Translations under genes and position numbers: made by a program
Assembly: GCA_017468345.1 (NCBI GenBank)
Contig: JAFUIT010000046.1
Location: 1 to 62,165, forward strand
Reading direction: 5' to 3'
DNA: 62,165 nucleotides
From: Clostridia bacterium
Lineage (GTDB): Bacteria > Bacillota > Clostridia > Christensenellales > Borkfalkiaceae
Shown: one piece after another, positions 36,791 through 46,101 of the stretch
Layout of the letters: every line of letters starts with the position of its first letter
How positions within the stretch are numbered: position 1 is the first letter of the stretch
The notes under the pieces: generated by a model
Databases searched by the model: none
Seen by the model: only the letters and a program-made list of their open reading frames with translations
What the model was told of the DNA's origin: nothing

Positions 36791-37044
36791 TTGTTTTTCT
36801 CCTCATTTTTCTTTTTAGTTATTATAACACATAACGACTGAAAAATCAATGTTTTTTCTATTTTAAAAACAGCACATGGACTGTTAATCCGCAAAATAAC
36901 AAGCTGCCTGCGTCCCAAATCACATACAAGTGTTCTTTTACTCTCCAAATCAAAAAAACACTGTTGTACTATCTTCCTATGGTGCAGGCGGAAAGGTCCT
37001 CACCTTTAGCGCGCATCCCTCGAATTCCTCTCTAATCACGGAAC

Positions 37045-37082
37045 ACAAAAAATCCGTGGATAGTAAATACTACCCACGGATT
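37045..37082 (-). terminator. terminator of tRNA-Ser
   Basis: ATCCGTGG-loop-CCACGGAT followed by UUUUUUG on the minus strand, starting 2 nt after the CCA end. Confidence 0.75.
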
Positions 37083-37083
37083 T

Positions 37084-37171
37084 TGGCGCAGAGAGAGGGA
37101 TTCGAACCCCCGGAAACTCTCGTTTCAACGGTTTTCAAGACCGCCGCAATCGACCACTCTACCATCTCTGC
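37084..37171 (-). tRNA. tRNA-Ser (anticodon UGA), CCA encoded
   Basis: Hand-folded cloverleaf. Acceptor GCAGAGA/TCTCTGC, anticodon stem GCGGT/ACCGT with loop CT-TGA-AA, long variable arm GAAAC..GTTTC, T-arm GGGGG-TTCGAAT-CCCTC, discriminator G plus CCA. Confidence 0.92.
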
Positions 37172-37353
37172 ATTATATTCATTTATAAACCACGGTCACC
37201 GTCAATCACTCAACCCATTGTTCACAAAAACTATTATACGCATAAACAAGAGAAAAGTCAACCGTTTTTCTAGAAAAACGGCATTTCCTTGCCCGAGTTT
37301 TCCTCCACTCCTCCCCCCAAAAGCCAAAAAGTGAAAAAATATGCGCCAAGGGG

Positions 37354-37382
37354 TAGACTTTTTTCCTATTTTATGGTATAAT
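37354..37382 (+). promoter_or_regulatory. promoter of fabK-fabZ-degV
   Basis: TAGACT, 17 nt, TGG-TATAAT. Confidence 0.5.
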
Positions 37383-37386
37383 GTAC

Positions 37387-37404
37387 TTGTTGAGATTTCA
37401 ACAA
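37387..37404. promoter_or_regulatory. candidate operator: perfect inverted repeat TTGTTGA-GATT-TCAACAA
   Basis: 7-bp perfect arms starting 5 nt after the -10, so the repeat overlaps the expected transcription start. Confidence 0.45.
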
Positions 37405-37447
37405 ATCGTAAAAAGACGCGAAAAACATCGAAAAAGAGGGACTTTTT

Positions 37448-38395
37448 ATGTTAAAAAGTAAAATTTGCGAACTTTTGGGGATCAAATACCCCATTTTCCA
37501 AGGCGGTATGGCTTGGGTCGCGGACGCCGATTTGGCGGCGGCTGTTTCCGAGGCAGGCGGCTTGGGAATTATCGCCGGCATGAATATGAACGGCGAACAA
37601 CTCCGCGCGGAAATCAAAAAACTGCGCGAAAAAACGGATAAACCGTTTGGCGTCAACGTAATGTTGATGAGCCCTTTTACTCCCGAAGTGGCAGAGGTCA
37701 TCGTGGAGGAAAAAGTCCCCGTCGTAACGACGGGCGCGGGCAATCCCCTCCCCTATATTAAAAAATGGACGGACGTAGGCGTAAAAGTTATCCCCGTGGT
37801 TGCCTCCGTGGCTTTGGCGAAAATGGTAGCCAAGCGCGGCGCGACGGCTGTTGTCGCGGAAGGCGGCGAATCGGGCGGGCATATCGGTGAAGCCAACACG
37901 ATGCCCTTAGTACCGCAGGTAGTAGACGCAGTAGATATTCCCGTAATTGCGGCGGGCGGTATCGCAGACGGCAGAGGTATGGCGGCGGCGTTTATGTTGG
38001 GCGCGGAAGGCGTACAAATGGGCACGCGGTTCCTCGTTGCAACCGAATGCAATATTCACCCCACCTATAAGGAAAAAGTGCTGAAAGCAGGCGATATGGG
38101 CACGGTGGTAAACGGTAGAAGAATCGGACACCCTGCGCGCGCGTTGAAAAATCCGTTTACACAGTTGTTTGCGGAACGCGAAAAAGATTTAACGAGCACG
38201 GATGAGGAATTGACGGCATTCGGCACGGGGGCGTTGCGCAAAGCCGTGAAGGAAGGCGATTGGGAAAAAGGCTCGTTCCTTTGCGGAGAAATTGCCGGGC
38301 TGGTCAATAAAGAACAAACCTGCAAAGAAATGATTGAGGAAATCGTTGCGGAAGCGGAAGTATTACTGAAAAACGCCGCCTCCCGCATACAATAA
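37448..38395 (+). CDS. fabK: enoyl-ACP reductase FabK (NPD/nitronate monooxygenase family)
   Basis: YPIFQGGMAWV, GGESGGH and AAGGIADGRG motifs. Lies next to fabZ. Confidence 0.8.
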   Translation: MLKSKICELLGIKYPIFQGGMAWVADADLAAAVSEAGGLGIIAGMNMNGEQLRAEIKKLREKTDKPFGVNVMLMSPFTPEVAEVIVEEKVPVVTTGAGNPLPYIKKWTDVGVKVIPVVASVALAKMVAKRGATAVVAEGGESGGHIGEANTMPLVPQVVDAVDIPVIAAGGIADGRGMAAAFMLGAEGVQMGTRFLVATECNIHPTYKEKVLKAGDMGTVVNGRRIGHPARALKNPFTQLFAEREKDLTSTDEELTAFGTGALRKAVKEGDWEKGSFLCGEIAGLVNKEQTCKEMIEEIVAEAEVLLKNAASRIQ

Positions 38396-38406
38396 AGGAG
38401 AAATCG

Positions 38407-38838
38407 ATGAATAGAGAAGAAATCAAAGAAATTCTTCCCCATAGAGAGCCTATGTTACTCGTCGATGAGGCGTACGCAAACGAGGACGGCACTTCCACAG
38501 GCATCTACAACGTGCGCGGCGATGAATTTTTCTTGCAAGGGCATTTCCCCGAAAATCCTATCGTGCCCGGCGTTATTTTATGCGAAATGGCGGCGCAAAG
38601 TTCCTGCCTTTTGATGGCGGATAAAGTAAAGGGAAAAGCCACTTTATATGCAGGCATGAACAACGTGAAATTTAAAAACCCCGTTCGTCCCGGCGACAGA
38701 GTAGAATTTACTTGCTCGCACATTCGCTCACTCGGTCCCTTCCACTTTATCAAGGCGGAAGGTAAGGTAAACGGAAAACTTGCGGTCAGCGGTGAATTTT
38801 CTTTTGCTTTGGTAGACCCCGAAAAAACAAAACAATAA
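38407..38838 (+). CDS. fabZ: 3-hydroxyacyl-ACP dehydratase
   Basis: ILPHREPMLLVDE and GHFPENPIVPGVILCEMAAQ. Confidence 0.9.
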   Translation: MNREEIKEILPHREPMLLVDEAYANEDGTSTGIYNVRGDEFFLQGHFPENPIVPGVILCEMAAQSSCLLMADKVKGKATLYAGMNNVKFKNPVRPGDRVEFTCSHIRSLGPFHFIKAEGKVNGKLAVSGEFSFALVDPEKTKQ

Positions 38839-38871
38839 ATAAAAATCAGATAACAATCGAGGAGAAACATT

Positions 38872-39735
38872 ATGTATCAGTTATTTTGCGATTCTAATTG
38901 CGAACTTTGGCACACGACTGTAAAGGAATTGGGTTTAAATCTCATCCGTATGCCCTACATCGAAGACGGTGAAGAACGTTTTTACGATATGGGTGAAACG
39001 CACGATTTTAAAGCGTTTTACGACAAAATGCGTGCGGGCGGCACGCCAAAAACCGCGGCTTTGAACGAGTACGCTTATACCGAATATTTCGAACCCATTC
39101 TTGCACGCGGCGAAGATATTTACTACATCACCTTCTCCCATCAAATGAGTGGGACGTTCAACGCAATGCAGAACGTAATCGCGCAGTTAAAAGAAAAATA
39201 TCCCGAAAGAGAAATCCGTTTTAAGGACTCGAAATTGATCTCGCTCGGTAGCGGTTTTATCACCTATTACGGTGCTTTGAAATACAAAGAAGGGGCTACC
39301 ATGGACGAGTTGGACGCATATTTGGACGATTTGATCGCACATACGGCGACCTACTTCGTCGTCGATGATTTGACCTATCTTTACCGCGGCGGCAGAGTAT
39401 CGGGCGTATCGAGACTCGTTGGAAACTTGCTCGGTATCAAACCCATTCTTTATTTCAACGAAGAAGGCAAAATCCTTAATATCGCCAAGGCAAAAGGCAA
39501 GAAAAAAGCCTTCTCTATGCTGCTTGGCTACATGAAAGAAAAAGGCTTGGATTTGAATAAATACAAGGTCTACGTTTTACAAGCGGATTGCGAAGAAGAA
39601 GCGCAAGGTTTTATCGCCAACATGAAAGCGCAGTTCGGTGATTTGGACGTAGAAATGCGACCCGTTGGTCCCGTTATCGGCGCGCATTGCGGCCCCGGTA
39701 CGGTTGGTCTTATTTTCCACGCGAAAGAAAAATAA
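38872..39735 (+). CDS. DegV family fatty-acid-binding protein (paralogue 2)
   Basis: DegV architecture: YLYRGGRVS and GPVIGAHCGPGT. Confidence 0.85.
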   Translation: MYQLFCDSNCELWHTTVKELGLNLIRMPYIEDGEERFYDMGETHDFKAFYDKMRAGGTPKTAALNEYAYTEYFEPILARGEDIYYITFSHQMSGTFNAMQNVIAQLKEKYPEREIRFKDSKLISLGSGFITYYGALKYKEGATMDELDAYLDDLIAHTATYFVVDDLTYLYRGGRVSGVSRLVGNLLGIKPILYFNEEGKILNIAKAKGKKKAFSMLLGYMKEKGLDLNKYKVYVLQADCEEEAQGFIANMKAQFGDLDVEMRPVGPVIGAHCGPGTVGLIFHAKEK

Positions 39736-39749
39736 TATAATAGTTATAG

Positions 39750-39784
39750 AAAACAGCCCCTTCAGCAGAAGGGGCTGTTTTATC
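39750..39784. terminator. bidirectional intrinsic terminator
   Basis: AAAACAGCCCCTTC-loop-GAAGGGGCTGTTTT. Confidence 0.8.
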
Positions 39785-39789
39785 ATTCA

Positions 39790-40980
39790 TTAACCTAAGA
39801 AAATATTACGTATGCTGTCGATTTCCGCTTGCGTTACGCCGATGGAAAGTAAGAATTTCTCCACTTTATCGGCAAACGTTTCGCCTGCGTAACCTTCTTC
39901 CAGTCCGTCGATCAAATCCAAAATCGTACCGCCCGTATTTGTATTACGGTTTACGTGCGCGTAATTGTAATAGAACGCCGACAACTCGTAATCGCGAATA
40001 AGATCCTCTTTCGACATACCCAAAAGAGCCTCTAAAATCAACGTAGTCGACCCTGCGCGGTCAACGCCGTGCGTGCAGTGCAAATATACGGGATACGCCT
40101 CGGGTTTTGCGAGCGCGGAGAAAATTTTTCTCGTCCGTTCGGCGTTGGAGCCGTCCAAAATCGACTGGTACTGCGCCGCATTGTAGAAAGAACGGGAAAC
40201 GTCCTCGCCCAAAATGCTGTATTCGGAAACTTTCGTGCTTTCATCGCGCAAGTCAAGGTCGGTTTTGATCCCCAGCGCGCGAAGCTGTTCAACCCCTTTT
40301 GAAGTCAAGCAGAAATCGGCGTGTCCTTTGTTTTTACCGCCGTCGATTTCACTGCCGCGGAACAACAAGCCCTGTTTGATCGTTTTTCCGTCCTCCGTTT
40401 TCCAACCGCCGATATCGCGTACGTTACACGCGCCGTCCAAGTTGATCATACGGGGGGACGCCGCCGTGTCGAATTCACCCGTCGTCGAAACGGTGTCGCC
40501 GTCCGTCATATGTAACGTAAAACGGTAATAATAATGCGCGCCCGTCTTCAAATTGTACACCTCCAGTTCCTTTTGTCTGGGGCTGAATTTTTGCGTGTGT
40601 TCAATCACGGCAAAATCTTGATCGAGTGAGCATTCGATCAGTATGTAACTGATATCCAATGCGCCATCTTCCGCACGGGCGGAGTATTCAAACGTGACAG
40701 GTCTACCCTTATCCACGCGCATCGTACCGCCGGGCAAATAGGCGGTAACAAGTTCCTCGGGATCGGCGCTGAGATAATCGGACACCGATTGATGCACCAG
40801 CGATACGGGTTGGTCAAATTGCGTCACCGAAAGCGTAACGTTCGACGTGGAACTTTCAATAGAACTATTCTTCATAAAAGGTAAAATATTGCCTAAACTG
40901 TCGCAAGCCGAAACGGCGATCACACTGCATAAACACAGCGAAAGCGCGGTTATTTTCTTCAAAAAAGTACGTTTGGACAT
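39790..40980 (-). CDS. secreted/lipoprotein tyrosine-phosphatase-family protein
   Basis: Signal peptide plus lipobox (AVSAC), an N-terminal beta-rich domain, and the CX5R P-loop HCTHGVDRAGS. Start at MSKRTF, which follows AAAGGAG. Confidence 0.75.
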   Translation of the reverse strand: MSKRTFLKKITALSLCLCSVIAVSACDSLGNILPFMKNSSIESSTSNVTLSVTQFDQPVSLVHQSVSDYLSADPEELVTAYLPGGTMRVDKGRPVTFEYSARAEDGALDISYILIECSLDQDFAVIEHTQKFSPRQKELEVYNLKTGAHYYYRFTLHMTDGDTVSTTGEFDTAASPRMINLDGACNVRDIGGWKTEDGKTIKQGLLFRGSEIDGGKNKGHADFCLTSKGVEQLRALGIKTDLDLRDESTKVSEYSILGEDVSRSFYNAAQYQSILDGSNAERTRKIFSALAKPEAYPVYLHCTHGVDRAGSTTLILEALLGMSKEDLIRDYELSAFYYNYAHVNRNTNTGGTILDLIDGLEEGYAGETFADKVEKFLLSIGVTQAEIDSIRNIFLG

Positions 40981-41088
40981 TTGGGTCGCTCCTTTCATTT
41001 AATGATAACTTCAGTATAACAAATTCCAAAAGAAAAATCAATAGCATTTTTTAATATGGGAGTGTCAAAATTTATGATTATGACCGTC

Positions 41089-41120
41089 AAAAAACTGCTC
41101 GTCAGCTATTCGACGAGCAG
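41089..41120 (-). terminator. terminator of the GH31 gene
   Basis: CTGCTCGTC-loop-GACGAGCAG followed by UUUUUU on the minus strand. Confidence 0.75.
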
Positions 41121-41128
41121 TTTCTTTC

Positions 41129-43606
41129 TTATAAAGTTTCTTTTAAACGCAGTTTCGTTGCCATATCGACGGGCAAAGCGTCGATCAGTTGTACGTATTC
41201 TTCCTCCGTCGTCGCCTGCAACAAGATGCGCCATGCGTATTCCTTGTTGTAGTTGACGCCTTGGCTTTCCGTCAAAATCCTCTGCGCCCCTTTCAACCAT
41301 CTCTGCAAGCGCGTTTTTACGGGATAAATCACTTCGATACGATAAGTCTTTTCAGCCGCAAACGACAGGGTCACTTCCACGCAATCGCTCAAACGCTTTT
41401 TACAAACTTCTTCCTTTCCGTCCACGTAAAGGCGCACGTAACCGTCCTCCACGTTTTTAAAGCAGATCTTCATTTCACGGTTTTGCGGAATCACGGTAGG
41501 GTCGCCATGCGTGAAAATAATCAATGATTGCGTACCTGCCCCATTCAATTCGGTATATTCCGACTTAAATTCGGTAAACAGTACGGTATTTTTTCCTTCA
41601 TCCAAGCCATCCTCGTACATGGTATAGACGTTTGTCCCCTCATACGCCCAAATTTCCAATTTTTCGGGGTTTTTCACCGCGTTTTTGTTATCCGCGGAAA
41701 GGGGCAATATCGCGCCTGCTTTGGCTAAAACGGGGATAGATTCCAACGTGCGGAGCAGGCAGGTTTCCTTACCGCCCGCGCCCACTTCGTACACATCGCC
41801 CGTGAAGATATCCGTCCACTTCCCTTCGGGAATCCACGCACGCACGCGCGCATATCCGTCGGGATAAGCTTTTTGCGTAACGGGGGCGACGATCAATTCG
41901 CTGCCGAAACGGTATTCTTCTTTATAATTGTACGCCGCATAATCTTTCCACTCGTAATACATCGGCTCGACAAGCGCCGTGCCTTCCACGCAGTTGAGAT
42001 AGTTCGCGTTGTATAAATACGGTACCAATTTATGGCGGAAGCGCAAAAATTCTTCCGCAATAAGCCCTGCACCGCCGCCGTATGCCCAAGGCTCTTTCGT
42101 CATCGTTTCATCGCAGGTACAATGCAAACGGGTGATCGGACTGAATACGCCGTACTGTACGTGACGGGCGAATAATTCGTTCGATTTCTCCCCAAGATTG
42201 TGTCCGCCGATATCGTGACTCCACCACGTATACCCGACGTTGGTCGCCGTTGCGGTAAAGTAAGGCAAATACGCAAGCGTGCGCCACGAAATTTCCGTAT
42301 CCCCCGAAAAGCCGATGGGATATCGATGAGAACCGACGCCCGAATAACGGGACAAGATCATCGGCACGGTGTGTTTGGTGGCGTTGTCGTAGTAGTGATA
42401 ATGGTTAAGCGCCCACAGCGGATCGTATTTTTCCTTGATCGGGTCCGCCTCCTTTTGCCAGAACGGACGGGGATCGTGCCATTCGATGTCCGGCTGTTGC
42501 CAATCGATCCACCAAAAATCGACGCCCATTTCCTCCAAAGGCGTATGCGCAAGATCAAAATACGCGTTGATAAAACGGTCGTAGGAAAAATCAAAGGGAA
42601 CTTGCAAGTTCGTCGACGGGTCGATTCCCATCGCGCTTGCCATGTTTTGATAACAATCCTCCCACCAACGGAAGCCGTCCGACGGGTGCAAATTCAGCGT
42701 GATTTTCATGCCGCGCTCGTGCAATTCTTCCATAAATCCTTTCGGATCGGGAAAAAGATTTCTATTCCACGTATAGCCCGTCCAACCCACGTTTGTAGCA
42801 GGCGTGCCTACGTATTCAGGGCCGCTTTTACCGCTTGCGGTGATACCGACTTCCGCGTCTATATTTGCGGAATAATGCCAATCCATATCCACCGTCGCTA
42901 CGCTGATGGGAATATTTTTATCCTCAAAGCGGTTCAAAACACGCAGATATTCGTCCGCGGTATAGGTATGATAACGACTCCACCAGTTGCCGAGCGCAAA
43001 CCGAGGCAAAAGAGGCGTTCTGCCCGTCAGCATATACAAGGCGCGTACGGCGTTTCGATAATCGTTGCCGTAGACGAAAACGTATTCGTCCGTGCCGTTG
43101 GCTTTTTCGTTTTTCACTTCCCCGTCAGGGCCCAGCGTCAGCGAATCGGAATCGTCTATAATTGCCACGCCCGTCTTGGAACAAACCCCTTTTTCAAGTT
43201 GAATTTGATAGGGCTGATCGTTTTCTTCCCAAGGCGCGGAATGATAATCGCCGTTGCAACAATCCAACGTACGGTAAGTCCCCAAAAGGTTACCGTAATT
43301 GTTCAAGCTGCGGCGGATATCCCCCACTTCCACGTAGCATTGACTGCGTTCCTTATACAAAATCAAACGGCATACGGGCGTTTCAATGACCGCATGTCCC
43401 TCATCGCCGTCAATCGTGAATTGTTGAGGCGCTGTATTTCTATGCCAAATCGCCTGCGTTGCCATGTCGCGGAATTTATGTTCGGGGCTTTTTTCAATAC
43501 GGAAAAGACGGTCGGTCAAAACCGTCACACGATAATCCGCCCAGTAAACAAAATTCTCCTTTTCCGCCATAGGCGTCGTTTGCGCAATCAACTGTGCTTT
43601 TAACAT
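41129..43606 (-). CDS. glycoside hydrolase family 31 protein
   Basis: 825 aa; KITLNLHP, GVDFWWIDWQQ and WWSHDIGGH motifs. Specificity not assignable by eye. Confidence 0.8.
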   Translation of the reverse strand: MLKAQLIAQTTPMAEKENFVYWADYRVTVLTDRLFRIEKSPEHKFRDMATQAIWHRNTAPQQFTIDGDEGHAVIETPVCRLILYKERSQCYVEVGDIRRSLNNYGNLLGTYRTLDCCNGDYHSAPWEENDQPYQIQLEKGVCSKTGVAIIDDSDSLTLGPDGEVKNEKANGTDEYVFVYGNDYRNAVRALYMLTGRTPLLPRFALGNWWSRYHTYTADEYLRVLNRFEDKNIPISVATVDMDWHYSANIDAEVGITASGKSGPEYVGTPATNVGWTGYTWNRNLFPDPKGFMEELHERGMKITLNLHPSDGFRWWEDCYQNMASAMGIDPSTNLQVPFDFSYDRFINAYFDLAHTPLEEMGVDFWWIDWQQPDIEWHDPRPFWQKEADPIKEKYDPLWALNHYHYYDNATKHTVPMILSRYSGVGSHRYPIGFSGDTEISWRTLAYLPYFTATATNVGYTWWSHDIGGHNLGEKSNELFARHVQYGVFSPITRLHCTCDETMTKEPWAYGGGAGLIAEEFLRFRHKLVPYLYNANYLNCVEGTALVEPMYYEWKDYAAYNYKEEYRFGSELIVAPVTQKAYPDGYARVRAWIPEGKWTDIFTGDVYEVGAGGKETCLLRTLESIPVLAKAGAILPLSADNKNAVKNPEKLEIWAYEGTNVYTMYEDGLDEGKNTVLFTEFKSEYTELNGAGTQSLIIFTHGDPTVIPQNREMKICFKNVEDGYVRLYVDGKEEVCKKRLSDCVEVTLSFAAEKTYRIEVIYPVKTRLQRWLKGAQRILTESQGVNYNKEYAWRILLQATTEEEYVQLIDALPVDMATKLRLKETL

Positions 43607-43824
43607 TCTTTTCCTCCGATATAGGTAAACCGAGGTTGCGTTTTACCCTCCCTTTCCACCGTTTCGTTCCACATCGCGGCAGGCCGCACCCAAATCGCGC
43701 CTTCGCTGTATAAGGCACGGTATACGACCATACGTTCTCCCGTTTCCGAATGTGTGGCAAGGGCAAGTACTTCGTACTCGTTTCCTTTAAAATGCCGATA
43801 TTTCCCAAGTTTAATTTCGTTCAT
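43600..43824 (-). CDS. DUF1653 domain protein
   Basis: GKYRHFKGNEYEVLALATHSETGERMVVYRALY. Its stop overlaps the GH31 start. Confidence 0.75.
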   Translation of the reverse strand: MNEIKLGKYRHFKGNEYEVLALATHSETGERMVVYRALYSEGAIWVRPAAMWNETVEREGKTQPRFTYIGGKEC

Positions 43825-43964
43825 ACGTTTAGTTTACCACATTCGCAAAGAAAATGCAACGTTTCCGCAAAAAAATATGCAAAAGTCGAGCAAAAATAAT
43901 AGCTTTTCTAAAAGAAAAGTATTATAATATTCCACGGTTTGTAACATCACGGAGAAAAAAAGAG

Positions 43965-45125
43965 ATGCAAATAGCGAAACGACATTATCATTATCATTAT
44001 CATTTTCATATTCACTGGTCGGGCATTTTACGCTTTTTAAAGAAAAACGTCGTATTGTGCGTGGCGCTTGCCGCGGCTTTGATTACGTCCTTTATCGTAC
44101 CCCCCGACGCGCAATATCTCGATTATTTCGACTGGAAAACGCTCACTTGTCTTTTTTGCGTTTTGGCGGTAGTTTGCGCTTTAAAAAATATATCCTTTTT
44201 CACCGTTTTGGCGGAAAAGATCGTCGGGCTTTTCAAAAACGCCCGCGCCTGCGTTTTAGCGCTTTCATACGTTACCTTTTTAGGCTCGATGCTCATCGCC
44301 AACGATATGGCGCTTTTGACCTTCTTGCCCCTTGGGTATTTCGTCCTTTCCTCCACGGGAAAAACGAAATACATGGCGTTTACCTTTATCATGCAAAATA
44401 TCGCGGCGAACCTCGGCGGTATGCTGACCCCGTTCGGAAACCCGCAAAACTTGTACCTGTATACCAAATTCAATATCCCTACGGGTGAATTCACCGCGAC
44501 CATGCTACCCCCGTTTTTGATTTCGGTAGCACTCATCACCCTCAGTTGTTTGATCTTCGTCAAGAAAGAACCGTTGGAAATTGAAAGCAAAAAAATTACT
44601 TTACCCAAGTGGCGCACGATCGTGTACGCGATACTGTTTACCTTGTCCATCGTCATCGTATTCCGCGTGATCCCCTTTTGGATCGGGCTGATCGTAATCC
44701 CCGTCGCTTTGCTGTTTTTGGATAGAAAAGCATTGAAAGACGTCGATTACTGCTTACTTCTCACCTTCGTTGCCTTCTTCATTTTCGCGGGCAATATGTC
44801 GCGCATTCCGTTCGTGCAGGACTTGTTTGGAAAACTGCTTGCAAAAAACACGCTGCTCGTGTCCATTTGCTCGTGCCAAGTGATCAGCAACGTACCCTCC
44901 GCCATTTTACTTTCGCAATTTACGGGGAATTACACCGAGCTGCTTTTGGGCGTCAATATCGGCGGTGTGGGCACGCTTATCTCCTCGCTGGCAAGCTTGA
45001 TCACTTTCCGCGAATACACGACGCATTATCCCGAAAAAACCAAGCGTTACCTTTTGCAGTTTTCCGCGTTTAACTTTGCGTTTTTGTTGATTTTAACGGG
45101 CGCGCAAATGTTGATTTTGTTGTAA
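43965..45125 (+). CDS. ArsB/NhaD-superfamily (citrate-transporter-like) anion permease
   Basis: Polytopic protein with an FGNPQNLYLY motif. Start at MQIAKRHYHYHYHFHIH, which follows GGAG. The track ORF starts at 43854. Confidence 0.75.
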   Translation: MQIAKRHYHYHYHFHIHWSGILRFLKKNVVLCVALAAALITSFIVPPDAQYLDYFDWKTLTCLFCVLAVVCALKNISFFTVLAEKIVGLFKNARACVLALSYVTFLGSMLIANDMALLTFLPLGYFVLSSTGKTKYMAFTFIMQNIAANLGGMLTPFGNPQNLYLYTKFNIPTGEFTATMLPPFLISVALITLSCLIFVKKEPLEIESKKITLPKWRTIVYAILFTLSIVIVFRVIPFWIGLIVIPVALLFLDRKALKDVDYCLLLTFVAFFIFAGNMSRIPFVQDLFGKLLAKNTLLVSICSCQVISNVPSAILLSQFTGNYTELLLGVNIGGVGTLISSLASLITFREYTTHYPEKTKRYLLQFSAFNFAFLLILTGAQMLILL

Positions 45126-45159
45126 TTCAACGCGCACCTGCCCCCTTTCTTTATAAAAT

Positions 45160-45200
45160 AACGTCCTTTTGCAAGATTTGCAAAAGGACGTTTTCTTTTT
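45160..45200. terminator. bidirectional terminator (permease / argF)
   Basis: ACGTCCTTTTGCAA-loop-TTGCAAAAGGACGT flanked by A/T runs. Confidence 0.8.
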
Positions 45201-46101
45201 ATTTCATACACTTGACAAGTACAGCTTTTTGCGCGTGTAAACGGTTTTCCGCTTCGTCGAAAATTTCGTGCGCGTGTGCCTCGAAAACTTCCGCCGTGAT
45301 TTCTTCCTCGCGGTGTGCGGGCAAGCAGTGCAATACCATCGCCTTGTCGTTTGCCACCTTCATGACTTCCGCGTTGATTTGGTAGGACTTGAACACTTTT
45401 TTGCGTTCTTCCGCCTCCGCCTCCTGACCCATCGACGCCCAAACGTCGGTATACAGTACGTCCGCGCCTGCCGCCGCTTCCAACACGTTGTCGGTGCAGG
45501 TGAACTTGCCGTTTTCTTTCGCCCAAGCCATCAACTCCGCGTCCGGCTCGTACCCTTTCGGACAAGCGACAGCCACTTCCATACCCATCTTGATACCGCC
45601 GACGATGAGCGAGTTCGTCATATTGTTTCCGTCGCCGATATAGCAAAGCTTATTGCCTGCAATCGCGCCCTTATGTTCGCGAATGGTCATAAGATCAGCA
45701 AGGACTTGGCAGGGGTGACAATAATCGGTCAAACCGTTGATAATGGGGATACTGCCGTAAGTTGCAAGGTCTTCCACTTCTTTTTGCGCAAACGTACGAA
45801 TCATGATCCCGTCCAAATAACGGGACAAAACGCGCGCCGTATCTTGTACGGGCTCGCCTCTGCCGATCTGCAAATCGCGGGAACTTAAAAACAGCGCCTG
45901 ACCGCCCAAATCGTACATACCCACTTCAAACGAAACGCGCGTACGGGTGGAAGATTTCGAAAAAATCATACCCAGCGTTTTTCCTTTCAAATGATGATGT
46001 TCGATCCCGTTTTTCTTTTCAAATTTTAACTGATCCGCAAGGTTCAATACCTCTGCAATTTCCTTGGATGACCAGTCCATGAGTTTCAACAAATGTTTCA
46101 T
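45199..46101 (-). CDS. argF: ornithine carbamoyltransferase
   Basis: FSKSSTRTRVSFE and HCLPAHR. Confidence 0.93.
   Translation of the reverse strand: MKHLLKLMDWSSKEIAEVLNLADQLKFEKKNGIEHHHLKGKTLGMIFSKSSTRTRVSFEVGMYDLGGQALFLSSRDLQIGRGEPVQDTARVLSRYLDGIMIRTFAQKEVEDLATYGSIPIINGLTDYCHPCQVLADLMTIREHKGAIAGNKLCYIGDGNNMTNSLIVGGIKMGMEVAVACPKGYEPDAELMAWAKENGKFTCTDNVLEAAAGADVLYTDVWASMGQEAEAEERKKVFKSYQINAEVMKVANDKAMVLHCLPAHREEEITAEVFEAHAHEIFDEAENRLHAQKAVLVKCMK

Noticed and set aside
36985-37043. TGGTGCAGGCGGAAAGGTCCTCACC, which resembles a tRNA 3' end or an SRP-RNA fragment
   Set aside because: It shares only the first ~8 nt with the neighbouring tRNA-Ser 3' end. No T-arm (GTTCGAATC) or cloverleaf can be drawn, and it does not contain the SRP GGAA tetraloop/symmetric-loop motif.
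42200-43603. 467-aa ORF on the plus strand
   Set aside because: It is antisense to the GH31 gene, with Arg-rich nonsense composition and no motif or RBS.
45047-45646. 199-aa minus-strand ORF spanning the permease 3' end and argF
   Set aside because: It is out of frame with argF and crosses a strong bidirectional terminator. Its Arg/Gly-rich composition marks it as an artefact.
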